This document shows positions 47,579 to 56,807 of a DNA stretch of 64,000 nt, piece after piece. The DNA is from Acinetobacter phage nACB2. The notes below the pieces were generated by a model. The model made no database searches, was not told where the DNA came from, and worked only from the letters and a program-made list of their open reading frames with translations. The DNA lies in the sequence record OQ032512.1. One strand, given 5' to 3'. Both the position numbers and the translations under genes were made by a program. How positions within the stretch are numbered: position 1 is the stretch's first letter; every line of letters starts with the position of its first letter.

Positions 47579-47865
47579 TGAAAATAACAGATATAGGTCT
47601 AATGGCTGAAGCTTTGCGCGTTCCTATTGAATATATTCATATTATGCGCCAATCTGGTCTAGAATTTGAAGTCGTTATGGAACTGAATATTGAATCTTAT
47701 AGCGGTTCAATGACTCAAATGAAACCGCCTGTATCTGTTTCAGTAGGAAAATCTGGACTACGCTATGACCCAATTACAGGAGGTACTGTAAAAGTGTTCG
47801 AAGCGTATAACATCGAAATTATTAAGAATCTCATTAAGACATCAATGGAGAACAAAAATGTCTGA
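47578..47865 (+). CDS. hypothetical protein
   Basis: 95 aa ORF. Confidence 0.4.
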   Translation: MKITDIGLMAEALRVPIEYIHIMRQSGLEFEVVMELNIESYSGSMTQMKPPVSVSVGKSGLRYDPITGGTVKVFEAYNIEIIKNLIKTSMENKNV

Positions 47866-48175
47866 CGTTAAAAATGTAAACGAAACCAACCTTGTAAGCG
47901 TGGCTGTAAAGGTAGATGAGGCTTCAATTAAGGCTTCAACTGACTCGATTGTTCGTATTCTGGATGCGGCTGCGAAAAATCACACCAATGATAAAGTCAC
48001 TCTGAAAGCCCTAGACGCGTTCAAAGCGTCAGCCACAATTGAACACTGTCATTTCAATGGCTTCTCTATTGTAAATGACAACTCGCGCCGTACTGAAGTG
48101 AACGTTCAAGGCGATCCAAATGACGTAGACGCGGATGTCAATGGCGTGAAAGTGGATGGTCAACTAAATGGCTAA
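47858..48175 (+). CDS. hypothetical protein
   Basis: 105 aa ORF. Confidence 0.4.
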   Translation: MSDVKNVNETNLVSVAVKVDEASIKASTDSIVRILDAAAKNHTNDKVTLKALDAFKASATIEHCHFNGFSIVNDNSRRTEVNVQGDPNDVDADVNGVKVDGQLNG

Positions 48176-48432
48176 TGAATTTATCGGGTTCAAGATTCTT
48201 AGCGCGTCTAATATTACAATATCTTATTGTAACGTTGACGGCGGTTATAGACCAAAGAATCATAAGGTTGCTGTTCGGGTAACGAAAGATAAATTGATTT
48301 TAAGCCGTTAATTTGTCTTGACTATATAATACTGTTCATGTCAAGGCTCAGCCTAACTTGAACTTGGGTAGCTACATTTGACAAAGGGCTTGTCCTCCTT
48401 CCTCAACCCCAAGAGGAGAATGGACAGACTAT

Positions 48433-48506
48433 AACGTAATAACAATTGTTGCCCACTAAGTGAATGGGTCATGGAGTGGGTTATTCCCAATAGTTGTTAT
48501 TACGTT
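48433..48506 (+). ncRNA. structured leader or stem-loop element preceding the tRNA cluster (13 bp stem aacgtaataacaa/ttgttattacgtt enclosing an inner cccact/agtggg hairpin)
   Basis: Perfect inverted repeats seen in the sequence; the element ends 10 nt before tRNA-Arg. Confidence 0.35.
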
Positions 48507-48516
48507 GTAGTTTGAA

Positions 48517-48593
48517 GCGCCTGTAGCTCAGTTGGATAGAGCATCCGCCTTCTAAGCGGATGGTCACAGGTTCGAGTCCTGTTAGGCGCGCCA
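48517..48593 (+). tRNA. tRNA-Arg (anticodon TCT), with encoded CCA
   Basis: Manual fold: acceptor gcgcctg/taggcgc, D-arm gctc-agttggata-gagc, anticodon stem tccgc/gcgga with loop cttcTaa, T-arm acagg-ttcgagt-cctgt. Confidence 0.8.
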
Positions 48594-48708
48594 CTTTCAA
48601 ACTCCAGAATGCGAGGACAACAGTATCACCCAGAACACGGCGGTGGTTGCGTTATTAGCATGGACAACGCGGCAGTCGGTAAAAGCCGTGGGCGTAGCAA
48701 TACGCTCT
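48594..48708 (+). ncRNA. 115 nt spacer between tRNAs; possible small stable RNA, not a tRNA
   Basis: No T-loop or cloverleaf is found. By analogy to the small RNAs in the T4 tRNA cluster it may encode a processed RNA. Speculative. Confidence 0.2.
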
Positions 48709-48784
48709 AGCCTAGTAGCTCAGTTGGTAGAGCAGCGGATTGTTAATCCGTTGGTCACAGGTTCGAACCCTGTCTAGGCAGCCA
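48709..48784 (+). tRNA. tRNA-Asn (anticodon GTT), with encoded CCA; A1:A72 mismatch
   Basis: Manual fold: D-arm gctc-agttggta-gagc, anticodon stem gcgga/tccgt with loop ttGTTaa, T-arm acagg-ttcgaac-cctgt, 3' ctaggca-g-cca. Confidence 0.75.
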
Positions 48785-48786
48785 TT

Positions 48787-48863
48787 GGGACTTTAGCTCA
48801 GAAGGTCAGAGCATCCGACTCATAATCGGGCGGTCACTGGTTCGAAACCAGTAAGTCCCACCA
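48787..48863 (+). tRNA. tRNA-Met/Ile2 (anticodon CAT), with encoded CCA
   Basis: Manual fold: acceptor gggactt/aagtccc, anticodon stem tccga/tcggg with loop ctCATaa, T-arm actgg-ttcgaaa-ccagt. Not initiator-like, because there are no 3 G:C pairs in the anticodon stem. Confidence 0.75.
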
Positions 48864-49000
48864 TATCCAGCGTTAGTGTACGGTGCACGTCAATACGGTA
48901 AACAGACGTATTGAAAGACTAGGGTTTAATTCCCTAGACAATGGGCCATATTTGATTTCTTATAAAAATAACAAACAGTAATAAAATAATCTCAGCAATA

Positions 49001-49315
49001 ATGGAGATTATAACATTGAAACTCTTATCATTCATCTACAACTATCTACGTTACATGCCAGTTCACTACTGGTTATTTTTCTTCTTCATGCCTGATCTGT
49101 ATTCAAAATACCCTCGCGTCAGCGTGAAGGGTCGATATAACATTAAGGTGTTCCGTGTCTACTTTGGAGCAAATGAAGTGGTTAATAAGTTTGTTGAAGG
49201 CTCTAAGAATAAAGCCTATATCAAACTGCGTTACGAAGCTCTGAGACAAGATTTTAGAACGCCGCAGCCACTAGGCGTTGAATACAGCATGAAGAAGGTA
49301 GAAAATGAAGATTGA
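49001..49315 (+). CDS. hypothetical protein
   Basis: 104 aa ORF with a hydrophobic N-terminus. Confidence 0.35.
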   Translation: MEIITLKLLSFIYNYLRYMPVHYWLFFFFMPDLYSKYPRVSVKGRYNIKVFRVYFGANEVVNKFVEGSKNKAYIKLRYEALRQDFRTPQPLGVEYSMKKVENED

Positions 49316-49511
49316 TCTAACGTTGCTTGAGTCATTGAAACGCGCTGCTGATGGGTCAATGTTGAGTTCTAGAATATCATTGAAACAGCAGATGAGTAGA
49401 AAGGAGCGCCAACTCAAGAAACGCAAAAAGGAAAATAAAGAATTTGAAGATTCCTTATTTTCTATGGGCGCTCATCACAGAGCCGCCATGTTTCAAAAGT
49501 ACTGGAAATAA
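49305..49511 (+). CDS. hypothetical small basic protein
   Basis: 68 aa ORF. Confidence 0.3.
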   Translation: MKIDLTLLESLKRAADGSMLSSRISLKQQMSRKERQLKKRKKENKEFEDSLFSMGAHHRAAMFQKYWK

Positions 49512-49539
49512 AAATATTTGATTATTTCCGAAATAATCC

Positions 49540-49568
49540 TTTACTTCCGTTGATGGTTAGGGTATAAT
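49540..49568 (+). promoter_or_regulatory. early-type promoter TTTACT-17-TATAAT
   Basis: tttact at 49540-49545, spacer tccgttgatggttaggg, tataat at 49563-49568. Confidence 0.55.
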
Positions 49569-49609
49569 GAATCTCATAAGGTTCAATAACACTCAACGGA
49601 GTAAATCAA

Positions 49610-50212
49610 ATGACTACATTAACTGCTAACCAAACTCAAGTACTTGTTGCTCTAGCTACAGACACTACTATTGAAAATCAACCTTGGGTTACAACTACTC
49701 AAATCGCAGTCATCTCTGGTTTAACTAAATTGGTAGCATCGGGCTTAGTTTGCTCTATGATCCACAAAGAACTTCTTGTATCTAAAAAAGAGAAAACTGG
49801 TTCACAATACCAATACACTGTTAAAGGTCTTGAAGCTGTCGCTCACTTGATCAAAACTGAAGAAGTAGTTGAAGACAAGCCTAAAGCTAAACGCAAATCA
49901 ACTAAATCTTCAAAAGAATTCTCAATTAAAATCACTGCAAATGAGGAAGCAGTTATCAAAGCAATTGCTTACTCAGAATGGTGTGAAGTGAATGGACGCC
50001 CTGAAGTTGCAGAATCAGCTGATGACGTTTCTACTTGGTGTTACACTGATACATTCGCAGAATACGCTAAGTTGACTGTTCGTACTGTAAAAGGTACTTT
50101 GGGTTCACTGGCTAAAAAGGGTATCATTGACGTACTTGATAACTTTGATGAAGATAACTCAGTGCGATTCACTGAAGAAGGCTTCAAGCTGATGAAAGAA
50201 GTTATTGCATAA
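49610..50212 (+). CDS. hypothetical early protein with two winged-helix-like segments (possible DNA-binding regulator)
   Basis: ISGLTKLVASGLV and TVKGTLGSLAKKGIIDVL resemble wHTH recognition regions. It is preceded by the conserved leader AATAACACTCAACGGAGTA. Confidence 0.4.
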   Translation: MTTLTANQTQVLVALATDTTIENQPWVTTTQIAVISGLTKLVASGLVCSMIHKELLVSKKEKTGSQYQYTVKGLEAVAHLIKTEEVVEDKPKAKRKSTKSSKEFSIKITANEEAVIKAIAYSEWCEVNGRPEVAESADDVSTWCYTDTFAEYAKLTVRTVKGTLGSLAKKGIIDVLDNFDEDNSVRFTEEGFKLMKEVIA

Positions 50213-50220
50213 TAATTGAA

Positions 50221-50255
50221 GACCGAGATATTTTGAATATCTCGGTCTTTTTTCC
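50221..50255 (+). terminator. 11 bp-stem hairpin gaccgagatat-tttga-atatctcggtc plus T-run
   Basis: Immediately after the stop of 49610-50212; followed by the promoter TTTACT-17-CATAAT (50256-50284). Confidence 0.65.
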
Positions 50256-50338
50256 TTTACTTTTCTCTGGCGCGCCCACATAATTTTAATCATGGACAAC
50301 AAGTTCATTATTTAATTACACTCAACGGAGTACAAGAT

Positions 50339-50668
50339 ATGACACATTTAGGCTTAGTAGATTTTGATTTAGATTTTGACTACGTTTCTGGTCTAATTGA
50401 CGAAGATATCATCCAACAGATTCTTGCCAATGAGCTTGTAGCTCCTCATTACAAATCTATTGTGGGCGATTCTGAGGCTCTAGTTGCCTGCCCATCGAAC
50501 AGCGATATCGTTGAGGCTTCTGACGTTCCAGATATGGTTCTTGTTCAACGCGATGTTCGCAACAACGGTTTCGTTCTAGGTGACTTCTATGTTGGCGAGG
50601 TCAACGGACGCCGTTGTTTAGCTCTTAATTGGGACTACACTGGTCTCTTCATTATTACCACCGCTTAG
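50339..50668 (+). CDS. hypothetical early protein
   Basis: 109 aa ORF preceded by the conserved leader AATTACACTCAACGGAGTA. Confidence 0.45.
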   Translation: MTHLGLVDFDLDFDYVSGLIDEDIIQQILANELVAPHYKSIVGDSEALVACPSNSDIVEASDVPDMVLVQRDVRNNGFVLGDFYVGEVNGRRCLALNWDYTGLFIITTA

Positions 50669-50671
50669 TTT

Positions 50672-50705
50672 CAAGCCCCTTCGGGGGCTTCTTGATTTTT
50701 ATTTC
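50672..50705 (+). terminator. AGCCCC-ttcg-GGGGCT hairpin plus T-rich tail
   Basis: aagccccttcgggggcttcttgatttttatttc. Confidence 0.6.
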
Positions 50706-50747
50706 TTTTGCAATAATACTTCATAATTTCATTATTTGGAGAATGAT

Positions 50748-50867
50748 ATGAAAACATTTCGTTTTATCGCAGTGTCACAGTGTCGCTTCTGTAGCGAAAA
50801 AGCTACTACACAAGATAATACCTGCGCACTTTGTGCTGCAACCCTTCTAGCCGAATTTGGATGGTAA
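50748..50867 (+). CDS. small Cys-rich (zinc-ribbon-like) ORF, 39 aa
   Basis: MKTFRFIAVSQCRFCSEKATTQDNTCALCAATLLAEFGW has a CxxC...CxxC pattern and a GGAG Shine-Dalgarno. Below the track's size cut-off. Confidence 0.3.
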   Translation: MKTFRFIAVSQCRFCSEKATTQDNTCALCAATLLAEFGW

Positions 50868-51187
50868 TGACTATGGCTTCTGTCTCACTTCCTTTCTCAA
50901 CTTTATCGGAAACGGTTGGACAAGTTGGGATGAACTTTATCTATAACCATATGGATAATTTTCGGGATATTACATTCAACGCTTACGGTAAACACTACCC
51001 AGAACGCATGACATCGAAAATGGACGTCTATCCGGAAATGTTTAGAGCGCTGAAGGTTTTGTCTCATAACAAAGACCTGTACAAAGCTCTTATGGATATG
51101 GAGGATGCTTCTATAGTGAACGTCACGCTAGAGTCCAATGAATTTAGTGCATTTATCTTTTTCAAGGCTGAAAATAAAAATGGCTAA
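50861..51187 (+). CDS. hypothetical protein
   Basis: ATG overlaps the upstream stop (ATGGTAATG); the track start at 50831 is upstream. Confidence 0.4.
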   Translation: MVMTMASVSLPFSTLSETVGQVGMNFIYNHMDNFRDITFNAYGKHYPERMTSKMDVYPEMFRALKVLSHNKDLYKALMDMEDASIVNVTLESNEFSAFIFFKAENKNG

Positions 51188-51491
51188 ACGCAATCATAAA
51201 CCTTGTGGATATAATCACATTCAAGTGCGCCGTTTGGGTAAGCAATGGTACGTTTGTATCTATTGGAATTACAATTGGTATCAACCTAAATGTACTGGAT
51301 GCATCAGTTGCCAAACTGAGCTAGGGAAATCTAGAGGTTGGCAATGTAACCCCAACAAGATTGTCAAGGGTAAAACGCTTGACATCTTATCAGTCTGTAA
51401 AAATCGATCTGATGCCAACCGCGCAGCTGATGAATTAGTGAGACGCGAGGAAGAGGATATGCATTGGTATGGAGTATTTGATAATGAATAA
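51180..51491 (+). CDS. Cys-rich hypothetical protein
   Basis: MAKRNHKPCGYNH...CTGCISCQTE...WQCNP. The ATG at 51180 overlaps the upstream stop (ATGGCTAA). Confidence 0.4.
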   Translation: MAKRNHKPCGYNHIQVRRLGKQWYVCIYWNYNWYQPKCTGCISCQTELGKSRGWQCNPNKIVKGKTLDILSVCKNRSDANRAADELVRREEEDMHWYGVFDNE

Positions 51492-51843
51492 ACATTTGGT
51501 ATTGATTGCGGCGCTTTTATTCCCAGCCTGCTCAAAGATGGATTCTGTGAACAAGGTTGTTACAGAAATAAAGGTAGCTGATGTTGAGGTGATGGACATT
51601 AACCGACCTCCTCAATTTTCTTTACAGATACGATCCACTGACAGATCAATTAGTGATTATCTCGTATCAACTGAAGAGTGTCCCAACTGGAGAAATGTTG
51701 AATACGGAACTATCTACAAGATGGAATATACTGTAACAACAAAGTACTACAAGTCAGGAAAGACATCTAAAACAATCGCGCTTCCTAATTCTTGCACATT
51801 TGCGAACTACGCTGTGGTCAAATATAGATTGGATGTAAAATGA
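51469..51843 (+). CDS. putative lipoprotein or secreted protein
   Basis: MNKHLVLIAALLFPACSKMD has a signal peptide with a Cys lipobox-like site. Confidence 0.45.
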   Translation: MEYLIMNKHLVLIAALLFPACSKMDSVNKVVTEIKVADVEVMDINRPPQFSLQIRSTDRSISDYLVSTEECPNWRNVEYGTIYKMEYTVTTKYYKSGKTSKTIALPNSCTFANYAVVKYRLDVK

Positions 51844-52046
51844 AAAGAATATCTTTGGAAGGGTGGGAGCTTAATGAGAAAGGAACTCTTATTAAAGATT
51901 CTGTGTTCATTTCTAGATTCAAATGTAAAGATTATAGTCTTCAGACTGTAACAAAATACAAAGTGCAAGACTACTCAGGAAAGATCAAAACGCAAATGTT
52001 TTCTAGTGTGTTTGAAGCAATGGTCTACGTTCAAAATAATTCATGA
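51840..52046 (+). CDS. hypothetical small protein
   Basis: 68 aa ORF. Confidence 0.35.
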   Translation: MKRISLEGWELNEKGTLIKDSVFISRFKCKDYSLQTVTKYKVQDYSGKIKTQMFSSVFEAMVYVQNNS

Positions 52047-52052
52047 TCATTA

Positions 52053-52133
52053 TTTTCTAAAATCCAATAAAAAGCCCTTGTACTAGACAAGGGCTTTTGT
52101 ATGTAAAAATCCAACTCCACACGGTAGGCTGGA
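52053..52133. repeat. 81 bp repeat (copy 2) with a bidirectional terminator between convergent genes; 1 mismatch relative to 15791-15871
   Basis: See the copy 1 entry at 15791-15871. Confidence 0.85.
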
Positions 52134-52141
52134 CGGTAGAT

Positions 52142-53926
52142 TTAACTCCAACCGTTGAAGCCATAACCTCCGTATCCGTCTGAACCATAAGCTGGGCCAT
52201 CATCTCTATTCATGAAGTCATAAAGAGATTCTTGACGTTGAGACTCAATTTCCTCTTCAGCTTCCAAAGACTTGGTGCTAAAGAATGAAGTCATAGAGGT
52301 GTCCTCAATTGATGCTTCTCTGAGGGACTTCATTCTGTCTTGAATACTATCGCCCTCTTTGGTCTCATATTCAGACTTGAAGAACTCAGTCTTGGTCAAC
52401 CAAGAGAATAAAACCAAGTTCATTACTGTGTCATCTTTAGCGCCTTTATCAGCTGCATAAGAACCGTTTGTCTGAAGAACAAACGTACCCAGTTCATCAA
52501 CCATGATTTCTGATTCAATAAGCAGAATATCGAGTTCCAGAAGCGTTTTCAGGTTAGAACAACCAACAGATTTCGTCGATTTAGTGGTCTTAATTCCTGG
52601 TTTAGCCCCTGCTCCACCTATCTGAGTGCCCAAACCATTTTTCTTGTTAGAAGTCAGGAAAACGTTCTCGTATTCAATCTCATAGTAGAGAATCTGAATG
52701 ATTTGAGAGCCGATGGCGTTGTTCTCTACCAACACCCAAGCCTCATTATACTGAGAACAAATGCGCTCAATCTCATACGGAAACACTAGAGGTGAAACAG
52801 TATTGGAATGATAGGTTGCTACCACTCTGTACGGCTTTGATGTAACGTCAAAGATGGCTATAGTGGAGTTGTCTTCACCTATACCCTCAGCGCAGTCTAC
52901 GGTTGCAACATAGATGCGATCCTTTTCAGGTGGGTAGAGAATCTCGTACGCACCATCTTCAAACGTATATTCAGGTGTAGCAATCTTGAGTTTTTCTAGA
53001 ACCTCTGACGAGATCAAACCACCAGATGAAGACAAGAATTTACATTCATGCTCTTGTGAGAATCGAGATGAACCAAGCTGTTTCTTAGTTTTTACAGCCC
53101 AATCTTCATCTCGTCCTGGGACGTCCTTCCAAGTAACACTCAATGGAACATAACCATTCCAATCATCACCCTTAGCAACTGCTCCTTGCCAGAATTTGTA
53201 GAACTGACCTCTTGCCCCTTTAGGAGTAGAAGTGATCAGAATCTTAGATGTTTTACCTGAAGATACTACTGGAAATACAGAGTCAACAAAGTCTTGACCG
53301 CCGTCTGAGAAGCCCAAGAAAGCAAACTCGTCAAGATAAAGTAATGAAGCAGAACGACCACGGATAGAGTCAGAAGAACTCGCGTGACCTTCGCAGCTTG
53401 AACCGTTTTCAAGAATGATATTCCCTTGGTTGAATGCTACAATACCTTGCTGAAGGAAGTATGGCAACTCTTCGTACAGACGGCGGAGACGTTTCATGAT
53501 CTCCATAGCCTGAGCTTCCTTGTTCGCAAGAACGTGACAGTCCTTCTCAGCGTGGAATATCAGATACCAAGCCAAGAAGCCTACTACGCCTGTTGTCTTA
53601 CCTGCCTGACGACAAGTTAAAGCAATATTGAAACGATGCTCTTTGTAGTTCTTGATCATCTCTTCCTGATAAGGGTAGAGTTTCAATGGTACAAGACCAT
53701 GGTCAATATGCACTACTCGACCGTAGGTGGTCAAGAAGTAGATCGGGTCTTTTTTACATCTGATCCATTCTTTGAGCTGATCTGGTGTCATATCAATGGT
53801 GACACCAGCGCGTTTCACCCTCGGCTTACCAACAAACAATTGATCTTTTGATAAGATACAATCGTCAACTGGCCAAGGGTGTTTACCGCCACTCTTTTGG
53901 AACGTATTGATTCCATCAGCCTTCAT
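52142..53926 (-). CDS. 17: terminase large subunit (gp17-like)
   Basis: Walker A LTCRQAGKTT, an ATPase coupling motif, and a C-terminal nuclease domain. Its size (594 aa) and position after gp16 fit gp17. Confidence 0.9.
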   Translation of the reverse strand: MKADGINTFQKSGGKHPWPVDDCILSKDQLFVGKPRVKRAGVTIDMTPDQLKEWIRCKKDPIYFLTTYGRVVHIDHGLVPLKLYPYQEEMIKNYKEHRFNIALTCRQAGKTTGVVGFLAWYLIFHAEKDCHVLANKEAQAMEIMKRLRRLYEELPYFLQQGIVAFNQGNIILENGSSCEGHASSSDSIRGRSASLLYLDEFAFLGFSDGGQDFVDSVFPVVSSGKTSKILITSTPKGARGQFYKFWQGAVAKGDDWNGYVPLSVTWKDVPGRDEDWAVKTKKQLGSSRFSQEHECKFLSSSGGLISSEVLEKLKIATPEYTFEDGAYEILYPPEKDRIYVATVDCAEGIGEDNSTIAIFDVTSKPYRVVATYHSNTVSPLVFPYEIERICSQYNEAWVLVENNAIGSQIIQILYYEIEYENVFLTSNKKNGLGTQIGGAGAKPGIKTTKSTKSVGCSNLKTLLELDILLIESEIMVDELGTFVLQTNGSYAADKGAKDDTVMNLVLFSWLTKTEFFKSEYETKEGDSIQDRMKSLREASIEDTSMTSFFSTKSLEAEEEIESQRQESLYDFMNRDDGPAYGSDGYGGYGFNGWS

Positions 53927-54443
53927 TCAGCTTACCCTCAGCTTCAGCCTGTTCACGCGCAATATCTTCATCAACCTGTTTCAGTAGGTCTGAAGTGTTC
54001 ACGGCTACAGTTTGAGCGATGTTAACGGTTGTACCGCCTTCTGACTCAGGTACTTCTTTTGGTTTGACCTTAGCATCTTTGTAAATGGTCTTAGCGGAAG
54101 TCTGAATGTTGACCAATTCCTTGACCGAGTTCAAAGTGTTAGATGACGCTGAGTTGAACGCCTCAATGGCTCTAGGGTGTTCTGTCTCTTTTGCTACCGT
54201 CATCGCTCTGTGTGTGATAGAAAGGTTCATTTGCACAATAGCATAGATAGCACTACGAGCGTATTCATAGTCAACCTTGGCGTCTGAGTCTTCGATTTCT
54301 GGAACATTAGATGCCTTCTGTTCCATTTCAAATTCTTCACGGGTTGGTCTATTGTCTGCGTTTATGTCATCTGTATTAGTATCAGCGCCAGCTGGGATAA
54401 TTCCCAATTCTCTTAAAATATCATTCATCTTTGTTCTCCGCAA
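53916..54443 (-). CDS. 16: terminase small subunit (gp16-like)
   Basis: VDYEYARSAIYAIVQMNLSITHRAMTVAKETEHPRAIEAF parallels T4 gp16 [40 protein letters not shown]. Confidence 0.7.
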   Translation of the reverse strand: MRRTKMNDILRELGIIPAGADTNTDDINADNRPTREEFEMEQKASNVPEIEDSDAKVDYEYARSAIYAIVQMNLSITHRAMTVAKETEHPRAIEAFNSASSNTLNSVKELVNIQTSAKTIYKDAKVKPKEVPESEGGTTVNIAQTVAVNTSDLLKQVDEDIAREQAEAEGKLNEG

Positions 54444-55191
54444 GCGCTTGTTTCAACGAGCGTATTTCCAATTCATCTGTATTTACATGATCTGTAACCC
54501 ATGCATTTTCTTTAGAGAACAGAGATGCATCAAATTCAAGAATAACAGGTACGTCGTTGATCCGATTATACAGATAGCCCTTCAGTGTGAATACAAGTTC
54601 AAATTCAACAATACGCGTTTCATCAACGTTCTCGAAGTTGTCTTGAATGTCTAGATTAGGTTGCTTTCTGATGTTGATCACGCGTTCTACATCTAGAAGG
54701 TCTGAATCCATCAATCTGACATTCACGCCCTTAGCAAAGGCAGATTCTATTTGTTCAAAGATCAATAACGCTTCTGTTGTATTGTTGGCTCTGACTGTAA
54801 GATGAAAATCAACGTTGTACGGTGACGGAGACATTGCAGACTTGCTGTTAGCAGTAGAATTGTTGAAGTACAAATTGCGACTACGCATAGTGGCGTGATC
54901 TACAGTTTGGCGTTGACCATCCTTAACAATAGAGCCTAGAGTAAACGCCATAGCTGGAAGGGCTGGTTTCACTTTAGGTTGTAGTTGCTCATCTACATTT
55001 AACTGAGTGTCAGCTTTATTTCTGCTATTACCATTACCAAATCTAATAGGCACGCTGACTAGCTTATTGTTAATCTTTATACCGAAACCAGAAAATAAAG
55101 AACCGAAGACAGCTGTGTACTTTGACAACTGACTCGTGTCGACTCTATGAGAGCCATCTGAGAATAGGGAGATGCTCATGTTATTCTCCAA
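54421..55191 (-). CDS. 15: tail sheath stabiliser/connector (gp15-like)
   Basis: YTAVFGSLFSGFGIKI...VSVPIRFGNGN parallels T4 gp15 YATLMGDLFSNIQIKR...IRVPITYASKE. Confidence 0.7.
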   Translation of the reverse strand: MENNMSISLFSDGSHRVDTSQLSKYTAVFGSLFSGFGIKINNKLVSVPIRFGNGNSRNKADTQLNVDEQLQPKVKPALPAMAFTLGSIVKDGQRQTVDHATMRSRNLYFNNSTANSKSAMSPSPYNVDFHLTVRANNTTEALLIFEQIESAFAKGVNVRLMDSDLLDVERVINIRKQPNLDIQDNFENVDETRIVEFELVFTLKGYLYNRINDVPVILEFDASLFSKENAWVTDHVNTDELEIRSLKQALAENKDE

Positions 55192-55807
55192 ATGGGTTGT
55201 TTACGTCAAAGTCTGGGACATCAGTTACGTGCTTCTCAGACTCCATCACAAAATTATCAGACTCATCTTGAGAAGGTTGAACAAGATCACCTAACGTACC
55301 TTGGAACACGACTCCACTGAAGTCATCGATATTATCTTCATGCTTTGGTTGATAGATTACGCAGTTTAGAATCCAACAATATCTTTTGTTTCCAACGTAG
55401 TATTGGTCGTCAGTGCGTACGCGTCTAATTTCCCAAAGTCTATTACCCACTGGGTCATATAATACGTCACCCTCTTGGGGTTCAGTGATTCCTAGCTTAT
55501 CAGCTTCAGCCTTAAAACGAGTTATAGCCATCTTAAAGACAGCAGAATCAGCTGGTGTGAACCCAAACTGTCCGAATATATCAGACTCACCACCAAAGCT
55601 CTGAATCTCCATGATTTGGGCTTCAATGGTGAACTGTTGCTTTAGACCTTTAACGTCAGCGTCGTTCAAAGCATTATGATTACTTTCAAGTAATTGGATA
55701 TAGACTAAATCCACACCAATGACCTGAATTGCTTCAATAACCATCTGGTCAAATAGTTCGCATTCAGCGTTTGTAACCTGTATTGCGTTTAAGTGTGGAT
55801 TTAGCAT
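55181..55807 (-). CDS. 14: neck protein (gp14-like, by position)
   Basis: Gene order 13-14-15-16-17 is conserved with T4; 208 aa. Confidence 0.5.
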   Translation of the reverse strand: MLNPHLNAIQVTNAECELFDQMVIEAIQVIGVDLVYIQLLESNHNALNDADVKGLKQQFTIEAQIMEIQSFGGESDIFGQFGFTPADSAVFKMAITRFKAEADKLGITEPQEGDVLYDPVGNRLWEIRRVRTDDQYYVGNKRYCWILNCVIYQPKHEDNIDDFSGVVFQGTLGDLVQPSQDESDNFVMESEKHVTDVPDFDVNNPFGE

Positions 55808-55828
55808 ATAGTGTCTCCTTTATTCTAT

Positions 55829-56659
55829 TTAAGCCAAATAGAACAGGTCGCAAGCTTCATTTCTCAAGCGTTCCATGATATCAGCTTCGTCTTGACGCCC
55901 TTGTTCCAACATAGCTTGACCTTGAATAACTTGTCCTCCAGGAAGTTGCATACCTTCATACTTGGACATAGTTTGACCAATGATTTGTTTACACAATGCG
56001 GTTGCTAAGTCTTGCATTGTCTCATTGTCGAAAATGAGACCACCGCCAATCGTACTCGTGGGTACGGAAGTCATTCCAGTATGTTCCTCTTCAGGAATAT
56101 AGTCTTCAAGTGCTCTAATACAGATCAGATCATTTTCTTTAACAGGAAACTTCAGAGTGATCTGATGATTAAACTTTGTGAATACAAATGGAAAAATATC
56201 CATGCCTGTAACAATCTTATATGTATCTACCCGAGCCATTGCCGCAAAGTAATCAACCATAGACAGAGGTGTCATAAACACGCCGTTTAAGAATACGTTG
56301 CGCGTCAATGTAAATTCTGTAGTTGCAAAATACAAAGGATCTGTATTGCTATTTCCAACTGGAATAATATCTGTCACTGCATCAAAAGAATCTGGTACTT
56401 GGAACCACCCTTGTTCTAGAATTTCCTTTGTGATCTTCACTACACAGAATGATTCAAATGAAAAGTTATTGTGCCAGCGCCACATTTTCTTGATAGCGCC
56501 GTCAATGGCTCCGTTAAGCTGTTCGTCACTTATGTTTACCTTAACAATAGGATACCCTAAACTGTTTAAGATACGCGCCTTCACATCTTTGCGTGTTCTA
56601 TTTCTGTACATGTCCCAGAATCTCCTGTAACAACAATTCTTGTCTATCCAAACGTTCAT
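55829..56659 (-). CDS. 13: neck protein (gp13-like, by position)
   Basis: Synteny with T4; 276 aa. Confidence 0.5.
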   Translation of the reverse strand: MNVWIDKNCCYRRFWDMYRNRTRKDVKARILNSLGYPIVKVNISDEQLNGAIDGAIKKMWRWHNNFSFESFCVVKITKEILEQGWFQVPDSFDAVTDIIPVGNSNTDPLYFATTEFTLTRNVFLNGVFMTPLSMVDYFAAMARVDTYKIVTGMDIFPFVFTKFNHQITLKFPVKENDLICIRALEDYIPEEEHTGMTSVPTSTIGGGLIFDNETMQDLATALCKQIIGQTMSKYEGMQLPGGQVIQGQAMLEQGRQDEADIMERLRNEACDLFYLA

Positions 56660-56798
56660 TTAGTGTTTTAACATTAGTCTGGAGTTCCTGAATTTGGTCG
56701 TCCTTCTGTTTTGCTAATTCTCTTTGTTTGGTATACTGTAAAAAGCCAGCTGTGTCAGTATTTGACACAGCTGCTCCATTTCTAACCCATTTATTCAT
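56598..56798 (-). CDS. small coiled-coil protein upstream of gp13 (at the T4 wac position, but only 66 aa)
   Basis: ELAKQKDDQIQELQTNVKTLNERLDRQELLLQEILG has coiled-coil character. Confidence 0.35.
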   Translation of the reverse strand: MNKWVRNGAAVSNTDTAGFLQYTKQRELAKQKDDQIQELQTNVKTLNERLDRQELLLQEILGHVQK

Positions 56799-56807
56799 CG
56801 TCTACCT

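Noticed and set aside
48594-48708. Possible fourth tRNA in the Arg-Asn spacer
   Set aside because: No T-loop (GTTCRA), no cloverleaf, and no anticodon arm could be folded. Kept only as a low-confidence small-RNA candidate.
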